The notes beneath the pieces were generated by a model. The model saw nothing but the letters and a program-made list of their open reading frames with translations. It did no database searches and was not told the DNA's origin. Position numbers and translations under genes: made by a program. Shown piece after piece: positions 46,675 to 56,232 of a stretch of DNA of 64,000 nucleotides. This stretch comes from Vulcanimicrobiota bacterium (lineage in GTDB: Bacteria; Vulcanimicrobiota; Xenobia; Xenobiales; JADMJV01). Where the stretch lies: contig JBFWNU010000001.1 of assembly GCA_050250895.1 (NCBI GenBank), positions 3,251,557 to 3,315,556 of the forward strand, given 5' to 3'. How positions within the stretch are numbered: the stretch's first letter is position 1; the number at the start of each line of letters is the position of its first letter.

Positions 46675-47529
46675 ATGAAGTGGCAAGGCCGACGTGGCAG
46701 TGACAACGTTCTGGAAAGCGCCGGAGCATCCGGAGGGGGCGGACTCAGACTCTTAGGAGGCGGCGGCATCGGCTCGCTATTGATCGTGGGCTTGATGCTG
46801 ATCATGGGCTTCTCGCCCGGCGATATTCTCGGCGTGATGTCCTCGGGGGACCGTCGACCGGCCGAAACCAGACCCGTTGACCACCCTACCGACGAGCGCA
46901 AGCAGTTTGTCTCGGTGGTGCTGGCCGATACCGAAGACGTCTGGGCGGAACTCTTCCGTCAGCGCGGTCAGAGCTACTCTGAACCCGAATTGGTCCTTTT
47001 TAGTGACGGAGTCGATAGCGCTTGCGGTTTCTCGAGCGCTGCAGTGGGGCCGTTCTACTGCCCGGGGGACCAACGGGTCTATCTTGATGTCGATTTCTTC
47101 GACCAGTTGGCCCATCAGCTTAGATCCCCCGGTGATTTCGCCCAGGCCTATGTCGTCGCCCATGAAGTCGGTCACCATGTCCAGAATCTGAGCGGCATCC
47201 TCGACCGCGCCCAGCGCCGCAAACGGGGCCTGAGTCAGAGCGCGGCCAATGCTATTCAGGTCAAGGTGGAACTGCAGGCGGACTACCTGGCCGGAGTTTG
47301 GGCCCACCACGCTCAACAACGCTTTGCCAGCCTCGAACCCGGTGATATCGAAGAGGCGTTGCAGGCCGCCCAGTCGATCGGTGACGACACCCTCCAGAAG
47401 CGAGCCCAGGGCTATGTGGTGCCAGAGTCGTTCACCCACGGCACCTCGGCCCAGCGAGTGAATGCCTTTCGAGAAGGCTTCGAAACCGGAGACGTCGAGC
47501 GTGGCCTGGCTCTAACCAGTGATATCTAG
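46675..47529 (+). CDS. ypfJ: YpfJ-family neutral zinc metallopeptidase
   Basis: GPFYCPGD, AHEVGHHVQ, ELQADYLAG, FTHGTSAQR. Confidence 0.92.
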   Translation: MKWQGRRGSDNVLESAGASGGGGLRLLGGGGIGSLLIVGLMLIMGFSPGDILGVMSSGDRRPAETRPVDHPTDERKQFVSVVLADTEDVWAELFRQRGQSYSEPELVLFSDGVDSACGFSSAAVGPFYCPGDQRVYLDVDFFDQLAHQLRSPGDFAQAYVVAHEVGHHVQNLSGILDRAQRRKRGLSQSAANAIQVKVELQADYLAGVWAHHAQQRFASLEPGDIEEALQAAQSIGDDTLQKRAQGYVVPESFTHGTSAQRVNAFREGFETGDVERGLALTSDI

Positions 47530-47534
47530 TTTTC

Positions 47535-48788
47535 CTATTTGCCGTCGACGAACATCTTGAACTGGCCCTTTTGTAGCCAGTTGCCGGTGCAGACGCTGGT
47601 GTAGTAGCCCAGGGCGCCCCCTACCAGCCCAGCCAACGTCGAGCCCACCAGGCCCAGTCCCAGCGAGTGCGCCACCAGCCCGGTGGTCAGCCCCGAAACA
47701 GCGCCGATTCCACCCACTGGCCAGCTGTGCCTCTGGTCGTCGAAATAGTCGGCTTGATCGTCGAACTTGACCACCGCGCCCTCGACCTTGAAAAAGGCGG
47801 CCGGGCTGACGGTGGTGTGGCCGGTCGCGAACTCGGTGCGAGGCACCTTGATGGGGTTGGGGATGTTCTCGAGGCTATAGGTAACCGCCTCGGTGCAGCC
47901 GAAGGCGCTGGGGTGCTCTTCGCTCAGAAAGTTGGGGGTGCGGTTGTAAGGCTTGCCTCGAATGGCCCGGAAGTTGTCGAGGGCCGCCTGCCGATCCGCC
48001 TCGCTGGCGTAGGGCATTTTGATGACGGCCACCTTGACCGTGTCGTTGAGGTATTTCTCGATGTCCGAGCGCTGCACACCGCCGTGGGGAGTGGCTTCGA
48101 GAAACTTACCGTTGCCTTCGTAGAGGGCCGCGTGGGTGTAGTTCGATTGGAGCGCGTAGTGCTCGAACTGCTTCCAGCCGGGATAAGCCAAATTGGTCTC
48201 GAGGATGACATCGCCCGGCTCGAGGCTGGCTAGAAAACGCTGGCGACGTTGGTCGTCCATGACCCCGAAGCTGGTGGGGATGCGGCGCTCGAGCAGGCTT
48301 ACAAAGCGATGGCTCACCAGGCTCAAGGGATCGGTGTGCGAGTTGATCCTCCGGTTCGACTTCTTCTTGGGCTTGGGGGCCGGCGGAGTGGGCGGCCCCT
48401 GAAATTCGTAGAGGGCTTTGCCATTGAAGGTGAGCTTGGCGTGGTCGGCCCATAGTTCGAGGTGCCAGTCCTTGCGATTCGGATAGGCTTCCTGGAGGGT
48501 CAGCACTTCCTTCTCATCGACTTTGCCGTCAGGCCCGCCAGGCCCTAGACCGTCACGCCAGAAACCCAGCTTGCAGGCTTTGTCGGTCAGGGTTACCGCA
48601 TCGCGCGGCTGGAGCGGGTGCCAATGGCCGTATTGGTCTTGCTCGACCAGCACGGTTCCATGGCGCTCTTGCGACTCCAAGAGGCCATTACGGACCTCGA
48701 GGTAGTGCAGATACTGCCCCGTGGCTTTATCGTGGCGACCCGGCGGAAGGGACCGGGTGGCGTGCATCCAGTTGTTGGTTAGAAACAT
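47535..48788 (-). CDS. Permuted papain-like NlpC/P60 (YiiX/YebB-type) protein with N-terminal extension and C-terminal Gly-zipper TM
   Basis: LEPGDVIL, YTHAALY (His) precedes GKPY and FGCTEAV (Cys). Confidence 0.8.
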   Translation of the reverse strand: MFLTNNWMHATRSLPPGRHDKATGQYLHYLEVRNGLLESQERHGTVLVEQDQYGHWHPLQPRDAVTLTDKACKLGFWRDGLGPGGPDGKVDEKEVLTLQEAYPNRKDWHLELWADHAKLTFNGKALYEFQGPPTPPAPKPKKKSNRRINSHTDPLSLVSHRFVSLLERRIPTSFGVMDDQRRQRFLASLEPGDVILETNLAYPGWKQFEHYALQSNYTHAALYEGNGKFLEATPHGGVQRSDIEKYLNDTVKVAVIKMPYASEADRQAALDNFRAIRGKPYNRTPNFLSEEHPSAFGCTEAVTYSLENIPNPIKVPRTEFATGHTTVSPAAFFKVEGAVVKFDDQADYFDDQRHSWPVGGIGAVSGLTTGLVAHSLGLGLVGSTLAGLVGGALGYYTSVCTGNWLQKGQFKMFVDGK

Positions 48789-48815
48789 AGACCGTTTCTG
48801 GTTGGACCTTCCCCT

Positions 48816-48847
48816 AGCTTAGCCACCCACCCTGAAAAGAACCCGAA
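48816..48847 (-). promoter_or_regulatory. Shared cis-motif copy
   Basis: Minus strand TTCG-N7-TTCAG-N10-TAAGCT upstream of ATG 48788. Confidence 0.5.
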
Positions 48848-50332
48848 CTATCGGCGCGTCATTCGCCAGGTTTGCACGGTCACGTTGCCCTGAGCGTCGG
48901 TCACCGTCACCGTCGCGCTGCCGGTCCGGTTGTCGGCGTTGACGGTAAAACGACCGCTCACGCTTAGTCGCATTCGTCCAAGCCCCTGGCCCTGCCAGGT
49001 GGCGGTCGAACCCGAGGCTCGTCCTGTGAAGACGAAGTGCGAGCTGACCGTAATCACCCCGGCGGTCGGGTCATGCCAGCTAATGTCCAGTTGGCCGGCT
49101 CCCTGCTGACCCCGATTGTCGGTCCAGGTTCCTTTCCAAAAGCCGATAGGGCTTCCGCCCGAGGCGATTGGCGCGGGTGGAGCGGGTTTGGGCGGTTTGG
49201 CCGTGGTTGCCGTGGTCTCGGCGGACACCGCGCGAGCCAAGCGAGGGCCGCATCTACCCGAGGCGTAAAGCTTGCGCACGTCCTCCAAGCGGATTCGGAT
49301 CCCGGACCAGCTCTCGAACATCGCGATGTCTGGAGGGACCGGATAGGTGGGGTTGTTCGGGCCGGCGCCGGCCTTGAAGATCCGCTCGGCTCTTTTCCAG
49401 CGGTCCCTGAGGCCCTGTTCAGAGACCTTTGGGTTTTTGGCGGCGTCTTCGAGCAGGGCGAGCGCGGTCAAAAAGTCTCGCATCAGCGCCTCGTAATAAT
49501 AGGTGTGACGCTCCTCCCAGTCCGGATCTTCGTTGGGTTGGTCTCGGTTGGCGCTCTCGACCAAATGGATGGATTCGTGCCAGAGTGTGTCCAATACGTC
49601 CTTGCGCGCGGGCCCGGCCTCGCGCAGAAGCTGCTGGGGAGACTTGCTCAGGTGCATCACCGGCGGGTCAAGCATCTCGACCACGGCGATGGAATCGTTG
49701 CGCCAGAGACGATAGGGCGAAAACTCGATCTCCGCGCGCTCGATGGCTGCGGCGAACTTCTGCAGGTCGCCCAGACTGACCACCTCATTGAAGCAGCGGC
49801 CCTGGAAGCGGTTGAGCTGCTCGTCGATGGCCGCCAGCAGCTCGAACTTGAGCGCGGCCTGCGAGTCTTCAACGGGACTTTCAGGCTCCGGGGGGGCCGG
49901 CGCGGGGCCAGCAGCCGGTGTGTAGATGGGTTGCGGAGCTCGGCGAGGGGTATCGACAAGCCCTTCCCTCGAATCCACCCGGGGATAGCTCGGAGGCAGA
50001 CCGGGGTGGCGACCCTGGCAACAGACCTGGTATCCCCCGCCGCCGGTCGTGTACCCCGCCGAGTAGGTGTCCCGCTGCTGCAGCGGACATCGGGGGAGCC
50101 TGGCCAGGTAAACCGGGACAAGCTGGTCGAGGGCTGAAGGATACCGGCCGCCGTGATCAGAGCTGTACATCTCGAGCGCGGTCAGCAGATTCTTCAAGTT
50201 CGAGCGGCATTCACCCAGAGACCGGTCGCCCTCCTGGGGCTCGACCCGGCCGGTGACGGCGCCCAGCCCGATCAGCAAGATTAGAAGGAGCAAGCCCTGG
50301 CGTCTGAGCCCCGCTTTGATCCCGAATCTCAT
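48848..50332 (-). CDS. Exported protein: pilin/GspG-like domain, HExxH domain and beta-strand C-terminal domain
   Basis: TM helix; CRSNLKNLLTALEMYSSDHGGRYP...LPRCP; LWHESIHLVE...WEE; Pro-rich linkers. Confidence 0.7.
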   Translation of the reverse strand: MRFGIKAGLRRQGLLLLILLIGLGAVTGRVEPQEGDRSLGECRSNLKNLLTALEMYSSDHGGRYPSALDQLVPVYLARLPRCPLQQRDTYSAGYTTGGGGYQVCCQGRHPGLPPSYPRVDSREGLVDTPRRAPQPIYTPAAGPAPAPPEPESPVEDSQAALKFELLAAIDEQLNRFQGRCFNEVVSLGDLQKFAAAIERAEIEFSPYRLWRNDSIAVVEMLDPPVMHLSKSPQQLLREAGPARKDVLDTLWHESIHLVESANRDQPNEDPDWEERHTYYYEALMRDFLTALALLEDAAKNPKVSEQGLRDRWKRAERIFKAGAGPNNPTYPVPPDIAMFESWSGIRIRLEDVRKLYASGRCGPRLARAVSAETTATTAKPPKPAPPAPIASGGSPIGFWKGTWTDNRGQQGAGQLDISWHDPTAGVITVSSHFVFTGRASGSTATWQGQGLGRMRLSVSGRFTVNADNRTGSATVTVTDAQGNVTVQTWRMTRR

Positions 50333-50440
50333 GGTGGTCCCCCCGGTGAAAGATCTTCGGGTTCTTCTTTCCGAAAACCGACCCCGCCAACCCATGAGAA
50401 CTGAGTTCGCTAACAGGCAGGGTCCGGTTCCGGCCCTGTA

Positions 50441-50469
50441 TTGACGCCCATCCTACATCAATGTAGGAT
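50441..50469 (+). promoter_or_regulatory. vapBC promoter with palindromic operator
   Basis: TTGACG-17-TAGGAT; ATCCTACAT-CA-ATGTAGGAT inverted repeat; ATG 6 nt after the -10. Confidence 0.8.
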
Positions 50470-50475
50470 AGGTGC

Positions 50476-50724
50476 ATGAAGCGAACCCAGATTCAGTTTC
50501 CCGACCCGTTGTATCGACGACTCAAAGACGTCGCGCGCATGAACGATTGGGCCCTCGCCGAAGTCGTGCGACGAGCGGCCGAGCTTTACGTTCAGCGATT
50601 TCCAGAAGCTGAGCACCGGGCCAAGCCCTGGGATTTTCCCGTTCTCGAGTTGGGGGGGGACTTCTTGCTCGACCCTTCCGAAGTCCGGGCAGAGGCTGAC
50701 GCCATCGAGTCTCGGATCGTATGA
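50476..50724 (+). CDS. vapB: Ribbon-helix-helix antitoxin (VapB)
   Basis: MKRTQIQFPD...LAEVVRRA; ATGA overlap with the PIN gene. Confidence 0.85.
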   Translation: MKRTQIQFPDPLYRRLKDVARMNDWALAEVVRRAAELYVQRFPEAEHRAKPWDFPVLELGGDFLLDPSEVRAEADAIESRIV

Positions 50725-51149
50725 TCTCCGCTGACACCAATCTGTTTCTTTACGCTGCCAACGCCAACAGCCCTCGACACAAAGCGGCGAGAACGTTCTT
50801 TTCCACTCTGTCCGAGGAATCGAACTTTGTCGTCTGCGAACTGGTGCTGGTAGAGGTCTACATGCAGTTGCGGAACCCCGCTGTCATGGCGCAGCCGTTA
50901 TCGAGTGCAGAGGCGGTTGCATTTTGCAGGGCCTTGAAGCGACACCCTTACTGGCAGCACCTTGATTACTCCGCGGAGGTGTCCGAGCGACTCTGGGAGT
51001 GGGCAGACCGAACAGAGAGTGGCTTTCGAAAGATCATCGATGCCAGGTTAGCCCTCACGCTACTCAGCGGAGGGGTTCAGCACTTTGCCACGGTGAACAC
51101 GAAGGATTTTCAAAACTTCGGATTCAAGAGGGTGTGGAATCCATTGTGA
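50721..51149 (+). CDS. vapC: PIN-domain toxin
   Basis: DTNLFLYA...E...IIDARLA...TVNTKDF...VWNPL. Confidence 0.9.
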   Translation: MISADTNLFLYAANANSPRHKAARTFFSTLSEESNFVVCELVLVEVYMQLRNPAVMAQPLSSAEAVAFCRALKRHPYWQHLDYSAEVSERLWEWADRTESGFRKIIDARLALTLLSGGVQHFATVNTKDFQNFGFKRVWNPL

Positions 51150-51242
51150 GGCCGTCCTTAGCCGAAGCGTCGCGCGCTAGTGAAGCCAGTAGCATTCCGG
51201 CGGTGGGAAGGCAGCGCGGTCGGGCCGCCCGAAGGCGGAGCG

Positions 51243-51917
51243 ATGGACGTGCGTATCCTCTGGTGGGTCATTCTGGGCGGAAGCCTTCTGTTTACCATGT
51301 GGCGCTCTCGAGGTCGCACCGGCTCGACCGCCCTCTATCTCGATGCCGACGGCAAACTGCAGCCAGACAAGGCGCTGATCCTGGTGGTCATGAGCAAGAC
51401 CAAAAGCGGGCCCGCCGCGGACGAGGTCGAGCGGTTGCTTTTGGAGGCGCGCGCACTTCAACCTGACCACCCCGACCTGGCCATGGCCTGGGCCCAACTC
51501 CATCCCGAGCAGGCCGTTGAAACCGTCTCTTCGGCCATCGAGAAGCACCCCGATCATGTCGACCTCAGACTCAACCGCGTCGGCCACCTCGACAGCCGCA
51601 CGCAATACGACGAAATCATGGCCGACATCGGGCACATCCTGCAGTTGGGGGACGAGAAGTCAGCCGCCCGAGCTTCGCTGCGACTGGCTCAGGTGCACGC
51701 CGACCGACAAGAGAACGGCCAGGCCGAGGCTCTGCTGGATTCTCTGACGATCGACCAGTGGGCCAAGGTTCTCGAGGAAGAGGGCCTGCTGGCGGTGGGC
51801 AGTCTCTATAAGAGCCTGCGCCGGGACGAGCAGGTCAAAGAGGTGCTGGCCCGAATGCGCAAGTCCTCCAACCAGACCTACCGCATGTTGGCCGAGTCGA
51901 TGCTTTCCGATGGCTGA
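51243..51917 (+). CDS. Membrane-anchored TPR-like helical protein
   Basis: N-terminal TM after GGAG; helical-repeat pattern (IEKHPDHVD). Confidence 0.65.
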   Translation: MDVRILWWVILGGSLLFTMWRSRGRTGSTALYLDADGKLQPDKALILVVMSKTKSGPAADEVERLLLEARALQPDHPDLAMAWAQLHPEQAVETVSSAIEKHPDHVDLRLNRVGHLDSRTQYDEIMADIGHILQLGDEKSAARASLRLAQVHADRQENGQAEALLDSLTIDQWAKVLEEEGLLAVGSLYKSLRRDEQVKEVLARMRKSSNQTYRMLAESMLSDG

Positions 51918-52149
51918 CCTCGCTGAGCTGATTCTCGAACTCGTCCGGGCCCGCGGCTCCGAGAAATCCATCTGCCCCTCCGAGGTGGCTCGGGCCGCTA
52001 ACCCAGACCACTGGCGTCAGTTCATGGAGCCTGTCCGCCAGGCCGCCCGCGAACTCTGCCATCAGGGGCTCATCGAGATCTGTCAGGGCGGTGAACCGGT
52101 AGATCCCGACCACTTCCGCGGGCCGGTTCGCCTGCGCGTTCGCAGCTGA
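51910..52149 (+). CDS. DUF3253-family protein
   Basis: SICPSEVARA...WRQFMEPVR...QGGEPVD...RGPVRL. Confidence 0.85.
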   Translation: MADLAELILELVRARGSEKSICPSEVARAANPDHWRQFMEPVRQAARELCHQGLIEICQGGEPVDPDHFRGPVRLRVRS

Positions 52150-52267
52150 TCGGTCCACCGTAGTTCAAAACGCCGCCGGCCGCCAGGTGGTGCCGTACGT
52201 GGTAGCGCCGTGCTCGGGCGAGGTTGCTCTTCCTTCCGTGCTTGAGAGTGGTCTCCATCATCGCCCT

Positions 52268-52606
52268 CTAGTCGCCTGCGCATCCGCAGCCGCCCTGCAG
52301 GCTCCTGACGTAACGGGCCAGAGCCCACAACTCGTCCTGGCTGAGGGTCTCGGCAAAAGACGGCATTCCCGAAGTCGGAAAGCCGGTGTGCAACGTTCGG
52401 ACAATGGCTCCCGGACCGCACCCATTCTTATAGGGCCGGCGGGTCAAATCGCGAGGCGCCACAGCCAAAGCTCCAGCCGCCGGTCCGTCGCCCCGGCCGG
52501 CTTCGCCGTGACACATTTGGCAGTGCGTCTCGAAGAGTTGACGACCCAGTTCGGGTTGAGCGCTGGCCGGCAGCGCCAGTAACAAGACAATCATGAAATA
52601 TCTCAT
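52268..52606 (-). CDS. Small secreted monoheme cytochrome c
   Basis: Signal peptide; CQMCHG...GDGP; GMPSF. Confidence 0.9.
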   Translation of the reverse strand: MRYFMIVLLLALPASAQPELGRQLFETHCQMCHGEAGRGDGPAAGALAVAPRDLTRRPYKNGCGPGAIVRTLHTGFPTSGMPSFAETLSQDELWALARYVRSLQGGCGCAGD

Positions 52607-52655
52607 ATCTGATTATATTGATAAATGATTTGTCGGCTCCGCGAAATGACGGGGA

Positions 52656-52958
52656 TCAGCTTTGGACCGGGTCCACCTCGAGCAGAAGTTGCAGGCTGAA
52701 CCGGCCGCAGGGGGATAGCTCGACCCGGTCGTGCTCGGGGGCGGGTTGGGCAGTGGCAAACGCCTCTCGCAGGCGCTGGCGGCTCGCTTTGTAGAAGGCT
52801 GAGTCGGCGAGGTTCACGACTCTATCTTCCGTGCGCAAGTGGCTACCACCCGCTTGCCGGTGGGTCAGGGTTTGAGCAGGTCGGCAGGGTTCGGTCTGGG
52901 AGTTGGCGGCTGGGCGCGGTGCGGGATGGATGCGAATTTGGCTGAACTTCTCGCTCAT
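52656..52958 (-). CDS. Small hypothetical protein
   Basis: AGGAGG before ATG 52958; Pro-rich N-terminus; DRVELS motif. Confidence 0.55.
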   Translation of the reverse strand: MSEKFSQIRIHPAPRPAANSQTEPCRPAQTLTHRQAGGSHLRTEDRVVNLADSAFYKASRQRLREAFATAQPAPEHDRVELSPCGRFSLQLLLEVDPVQS

Positions 52959-53043
52959 TAGGTCCTCCTGTTGGTTGCCCAATTCTTGCCCACCAGACTT
53001 GGAGTCTTGGTTGGAAAAGGTTGGTGACGATGTGGCACTTTGG

Positions 53044-53970
53044 TTAGAGGCCGGCCTGACCAGCTACTCGGGCCGGGTCGGGCGGGTCGGCCAACAGGTC
53101 CTGGATGGTGTGACCGTGCTCGAGCAAGTAGGCCACCATCACTCCATAACGCAGGTAGTCTTCGGCCATGGTGGCCTTCACGCGGGGGTCGCGCTGGTGA
53201 TAGGCAGCCAGGGCCTGGGCGTGAGTGTAGTTGGGTCCGAGGGCGACGCAATCGGGATAGCCCTCGCGCAGCCAGACTGGGGTGGGCGAGGTGCGCTCGG
53301 CCACGGCCATGCCGACCAGGGTGTGAGTGAACTCGTGGGTGAGGTAGTAGGTGAGGGTGCGTGGGCTGGCGATGGGGTTGCCGGCCGGGGAGAGGAGGGC
53401 GTCGTCGGGGATGCGAGCGGGGCCGAGGAAGACGTGATTTGCCGTGGGGAAGTAGTTGAGACCGGCCAGTTTCCCGGCTCCGTTGAGGTAGTATTCCTCC
53501 CGCCAGCGCTCGTTACAGACGAAGGCCGAGTGGGTGTCTTCGGGGTGATAGAGAGGTGAGGCCGCCAGACGGCGCTTGACTTCGGCCAGGATGGCAGCGC
53601 CCCGCTCGGGAGGGAAGGGCTCGTCGCTGTAAAGGTGGAGCTTGCCAAAGTCTACGTGGTAGGGGAAGAGGACCGGAGCTTGGCGGACGAGGTCGGGGCG
53701 AGAGTACTCCGAGAGGATCTGCTGTGGTTGCCCGGCTTTGACCAAGGCCTGGTAACGTTCGGACAACGCCGGGGGACGGCTGCAGGCAACCAGGAAGAGC
53801 AACAGGAGGTAGCCCCTCCGGACTGGACCTCGGCCAAAAAGCTGCCGACTTTGATGCCGGTTCGACCTCGACGCGCCGCACTCCCGAGGGGTATCTCCGA
53901 GCCCGAGCTGGTGCGCGGCTTGGAAGGGGCGCCTGGCCGAGACCGGGGTTGGGTTGGCTCCCACACGCAT
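53044..53970 (-). CDS. Gluzincin-like (peptidase MA-like) protein; start uncertain
   Basis: LTHEFTH...PVWLREGYPD; lipobox-like LVAC lies about 60 aa after the ATG. Confidence 0.7.
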   Translation of the reverse strand: MRVGANPTPVSARRPFQAAHQLGLGDTPRECGASRSNRHQSRQLFGRGPVRRGYLLLLFLVACSRPPALSERYQALVKAGQPQQILSEYSRPDLVRQAPVLFPYHVDFGKLHLYSDEPFPPERGAAILAEVKRRLAASPLYHPEDTHSAFVCNERWREEYYLNGAGKLAGLNYFPTANHVFLGPARIPDDALLSPAGNPIASPRTLTYYLTHEFTHTLVGMAVAERTSPTPVWLREGYPDCVALGPNYTHAQALAAYHQRDPRVKATMAEDYLRYGVMVAYLLEHGHTIQDLLADPPDPARVAGQAGL

Positions 53971-53975
53971 ACCTC

Positions 53976-54006
53976 ACCCTAGCCGCCTGCCTTAAAAAAG
54001 GGCTGA
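53976..54006 (-). promoter_or_regulatory. Shared cis-motif copy (9-nt spacer variant)
   Basis: Minus strand TCAG-N7-TTAAG-N9-TAGGGT, 5 nt before ATG 53970. Confidence 0.45.
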
Positions 54007-54118
54007 AACGAGGCGCCGGTTAGACGGATGTACCGCTGGCTCCACCCCACGTCCTGGGCCTACTAGTGAAAGGTTGAGCGCGAACTGACGCGAAGGTGGT
54101 GGCGGAGGTGAAGTTCAA

Positions 54119-54334
54119 ATGCTAGACCGTGACGTAGAGAAGGTTCTCGACCGAGAACAGTTTATCCAGACCCTGCGACGCATCGCCGACAGTCTCGAGC
54201 GGGGAGAGAGCTTTCGCATCCAGGTGCTCAACGAACGACTGACGGTTCCGGCCGATGCCGAGGTCTCGATCGAGCACGAGCGAGAAGGCGACACCCAGGA
54301 ACTAGAGCTGCAATTTCGCTGGGCGCTCGACTAG
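54119..54334 (+). CDS. Amphi-Trp domain protein
   Basis: LRRIADSLE...SIEHERE...ELELQFRW; GGAGG SD. Confidence 0.85.
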   Translation: MLDRDVEKVLDREQFIQTLRRIADSLERGESFRIQVLNERLTVPADAEVSIEHEREGDTQELELQFRWALD

Positions 54335-54370
54335 CTGGTTAGCCCGCCCTCCAGGACCGGGTGGAAGGCC

Positions 54371-54397
54371 TTAAGCAAAGGCTGCACCCGCCGATAA
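54371..54397 (+). promoter_or_regulatory. Sigma28 (FliA) promoter
   Basis: TTAA-N15-GCCGATAA directly upstream of a chemoreceptor gene. Confidence 0.8.
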
Positions 54398-54426
54398 CCT
54401 CGTCATCTTCAACTGGGGGTGCGCCG

Positions 54427-55760
54427 ATGGGATTTGGTAGCGAGGAGCTGACGTCTGCTCAAGTGGTGGAACTGATCGATGCGTGGATTGCTGGCGACCT
54501 GGCTCGCCAGGTGGAGGGGACCGACGAGCTTTCGCGGGCTCTGGCCCGACTGGGTGACCACTTGCGCCGGAATGCGCAAGTCCATCTGGCCCGCACCGTC
54601 ACCCTCTCGGTTGACCTCAACGACACCGCCCGGACCTTCGGCCAGTTGTTCACCGACCTGCGCGGGATCCAGGACCAGACCAATCAGAGCGCCGCCGCCG
54701 CCGAGCAGATGTTGTCCGCGGCTGACCATGTCTTGCAGAGCACGGAGCTGATCGCCGGTCAGGCCGAGCACACGCGCCAACTGATGGACGAGGGATCGCG
54801 GCGGCTCACGGCCAGCACCGACCGGATCGAAGCCATCGTCGAGGCCACCAACCAGGTGCAGAGGAAGGTGGGCGACTTGCTCGATCTTTCCAAGGAGGTG
54901 CGGCGGATCTCGGCCTCCATCAGTCAGATCGCCAATCAGACCAATTTGCTTGCTCTCAATGCCACCATCGAGGCGGCCCGGGCCGGAGAGTCGGGCGAGG
55001 ATTCGCGGTAGTGGCCGGCGAGGTCAAGAACCTGGCCCAGCAAACCGACCGGGCCACCAAGGACATCGAGACTATCGTCGGACGCATTCAGAGCGAGGTG
55101 CTCGAGATCGCCTCGTCGGCGGAGTTGAGCCAGAAGGCGGTCCGCGACGGACAATCTTCGGTCAACTCGGTGGCCCAGGACATCGGGGGGGTCAAATCAA
55201 GGGTCGACGAGATCGTCACCCAGATCGCCTCGATCGCGCAGCTGTTTTCCGAACATCGCGCCGCTGGCCACCAGGTGGCCACCTCGGTGGTCGACATCAC
55301 TGTCGCCAATCAGGCCTCGCTCGAGGGCGTGCAGGCGGTGGCCCAGACCATGAATGCCCTCGAGAAGACCATTCTCGAGCAACTCGACGAACTCTCGCGC
55401 CTGGAGTTGCCGGGCAAGGTGGTGCAACTGGCCAAGTCCGATCACGTCATCTGGAAAAAGCGCCTGGCCATGATGGCGGTCGGCCAACTGCAGCTCGATC
55501 CTAAGGAACTGGCCGACCATCACTCTTGTCGTTTGGGGCGTTGGTACGACCAGCAGTGCGACCGTCGTCTCACCGGTCATCCCGCTTTTGCGGCCCTGGC
55601 CGACCCCCACCAGCGGGTGCACGCGCACGGCATTCGGGCTGCTCAGCTCATGACCGACGGTCAGGCCGAGGCCGCCGATCACGAACTGGCGTTGATGGAG
55701 AAGGCGTCAGAAGAGGTCATGCGACACCTCACCGCCCTCGAACAGACTGCGCGCGAATAG
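54427..55760 (+). pseudogene. Soluble methyl-accepting chemotaxis protein with C-terminal CZB domain; 1-nt frameshift near 54996
   Basis: QTNLLALNATIEAARAGESG in one frame continues as GFAVVAGEVKNLA in another; CZB motif DHVIWK...DHHSCRLGRWY...HQRVH. Confidence 0.85.
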
Positions 55761-56120
55761 TCAGGCTTCCACGCGATTGCGTCCAGACTGTTTGGCCCGG
55801 TAGAGCGCCTGGTCAGCCTTCGATATCAATAGCTCTTTGCCGAGGTCCGGGCTCCAAGAGGCAACTCCCAGGCTGATGGTGACCTGCAGGTCCCGCGTTC
55901 CTCCCCGGGGCCCGGCACCGAGAAGATGTGCGCTTCGACTTTCTCTCGCAGGCGCTCGGCCATCTCGAGCCCGCCTTCGAGCGAGATGTTTCCCAACAGC
56001 ACGATAAACTCTTCTCCTCGCACCCGGAGCGGATGATGGACACCGCCCGTCCCTATCCGAGCGACCAGACAGCCGCCGGTCAAGCCATCCTCAAAGCCGT
56101 GATAGCCTCGGTGACTCGCT
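55761..56120 (-). pseudogene. Decayed GGDEF (diguanylate cyclase) remnant
   Basis: DGLTG...RGEEFIVLL...AERLREKV in one frame; VTISLGVA...ADQALYRAKQSGRNRV-stop in another; internal deletion. Confidence 0.8.
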
Positions 56121-56232
56121 AGACCGCGCGCAGACGGATCTGGCGCAGCGGTAACCTGACGTTCACAGCCCACCGGTCTTTGTTAGGGGTTCTACAAAGT
56201 CGGGTCCAAAGTGGTTGCTCTATCGTGAGCCC

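Noticed and set aside
52607-52635. Fur box upstream of the cytochrome c gene
   Set aside because: AT-rich TGATAAATGATT resembles only half of the consensus; too weak to call.
54985-55012. Programmed ribosomal frameshift in the MCP
   Set aside because: No slippery heptamer or homopolymer at the site; a simple 1-nt deletion explains it.
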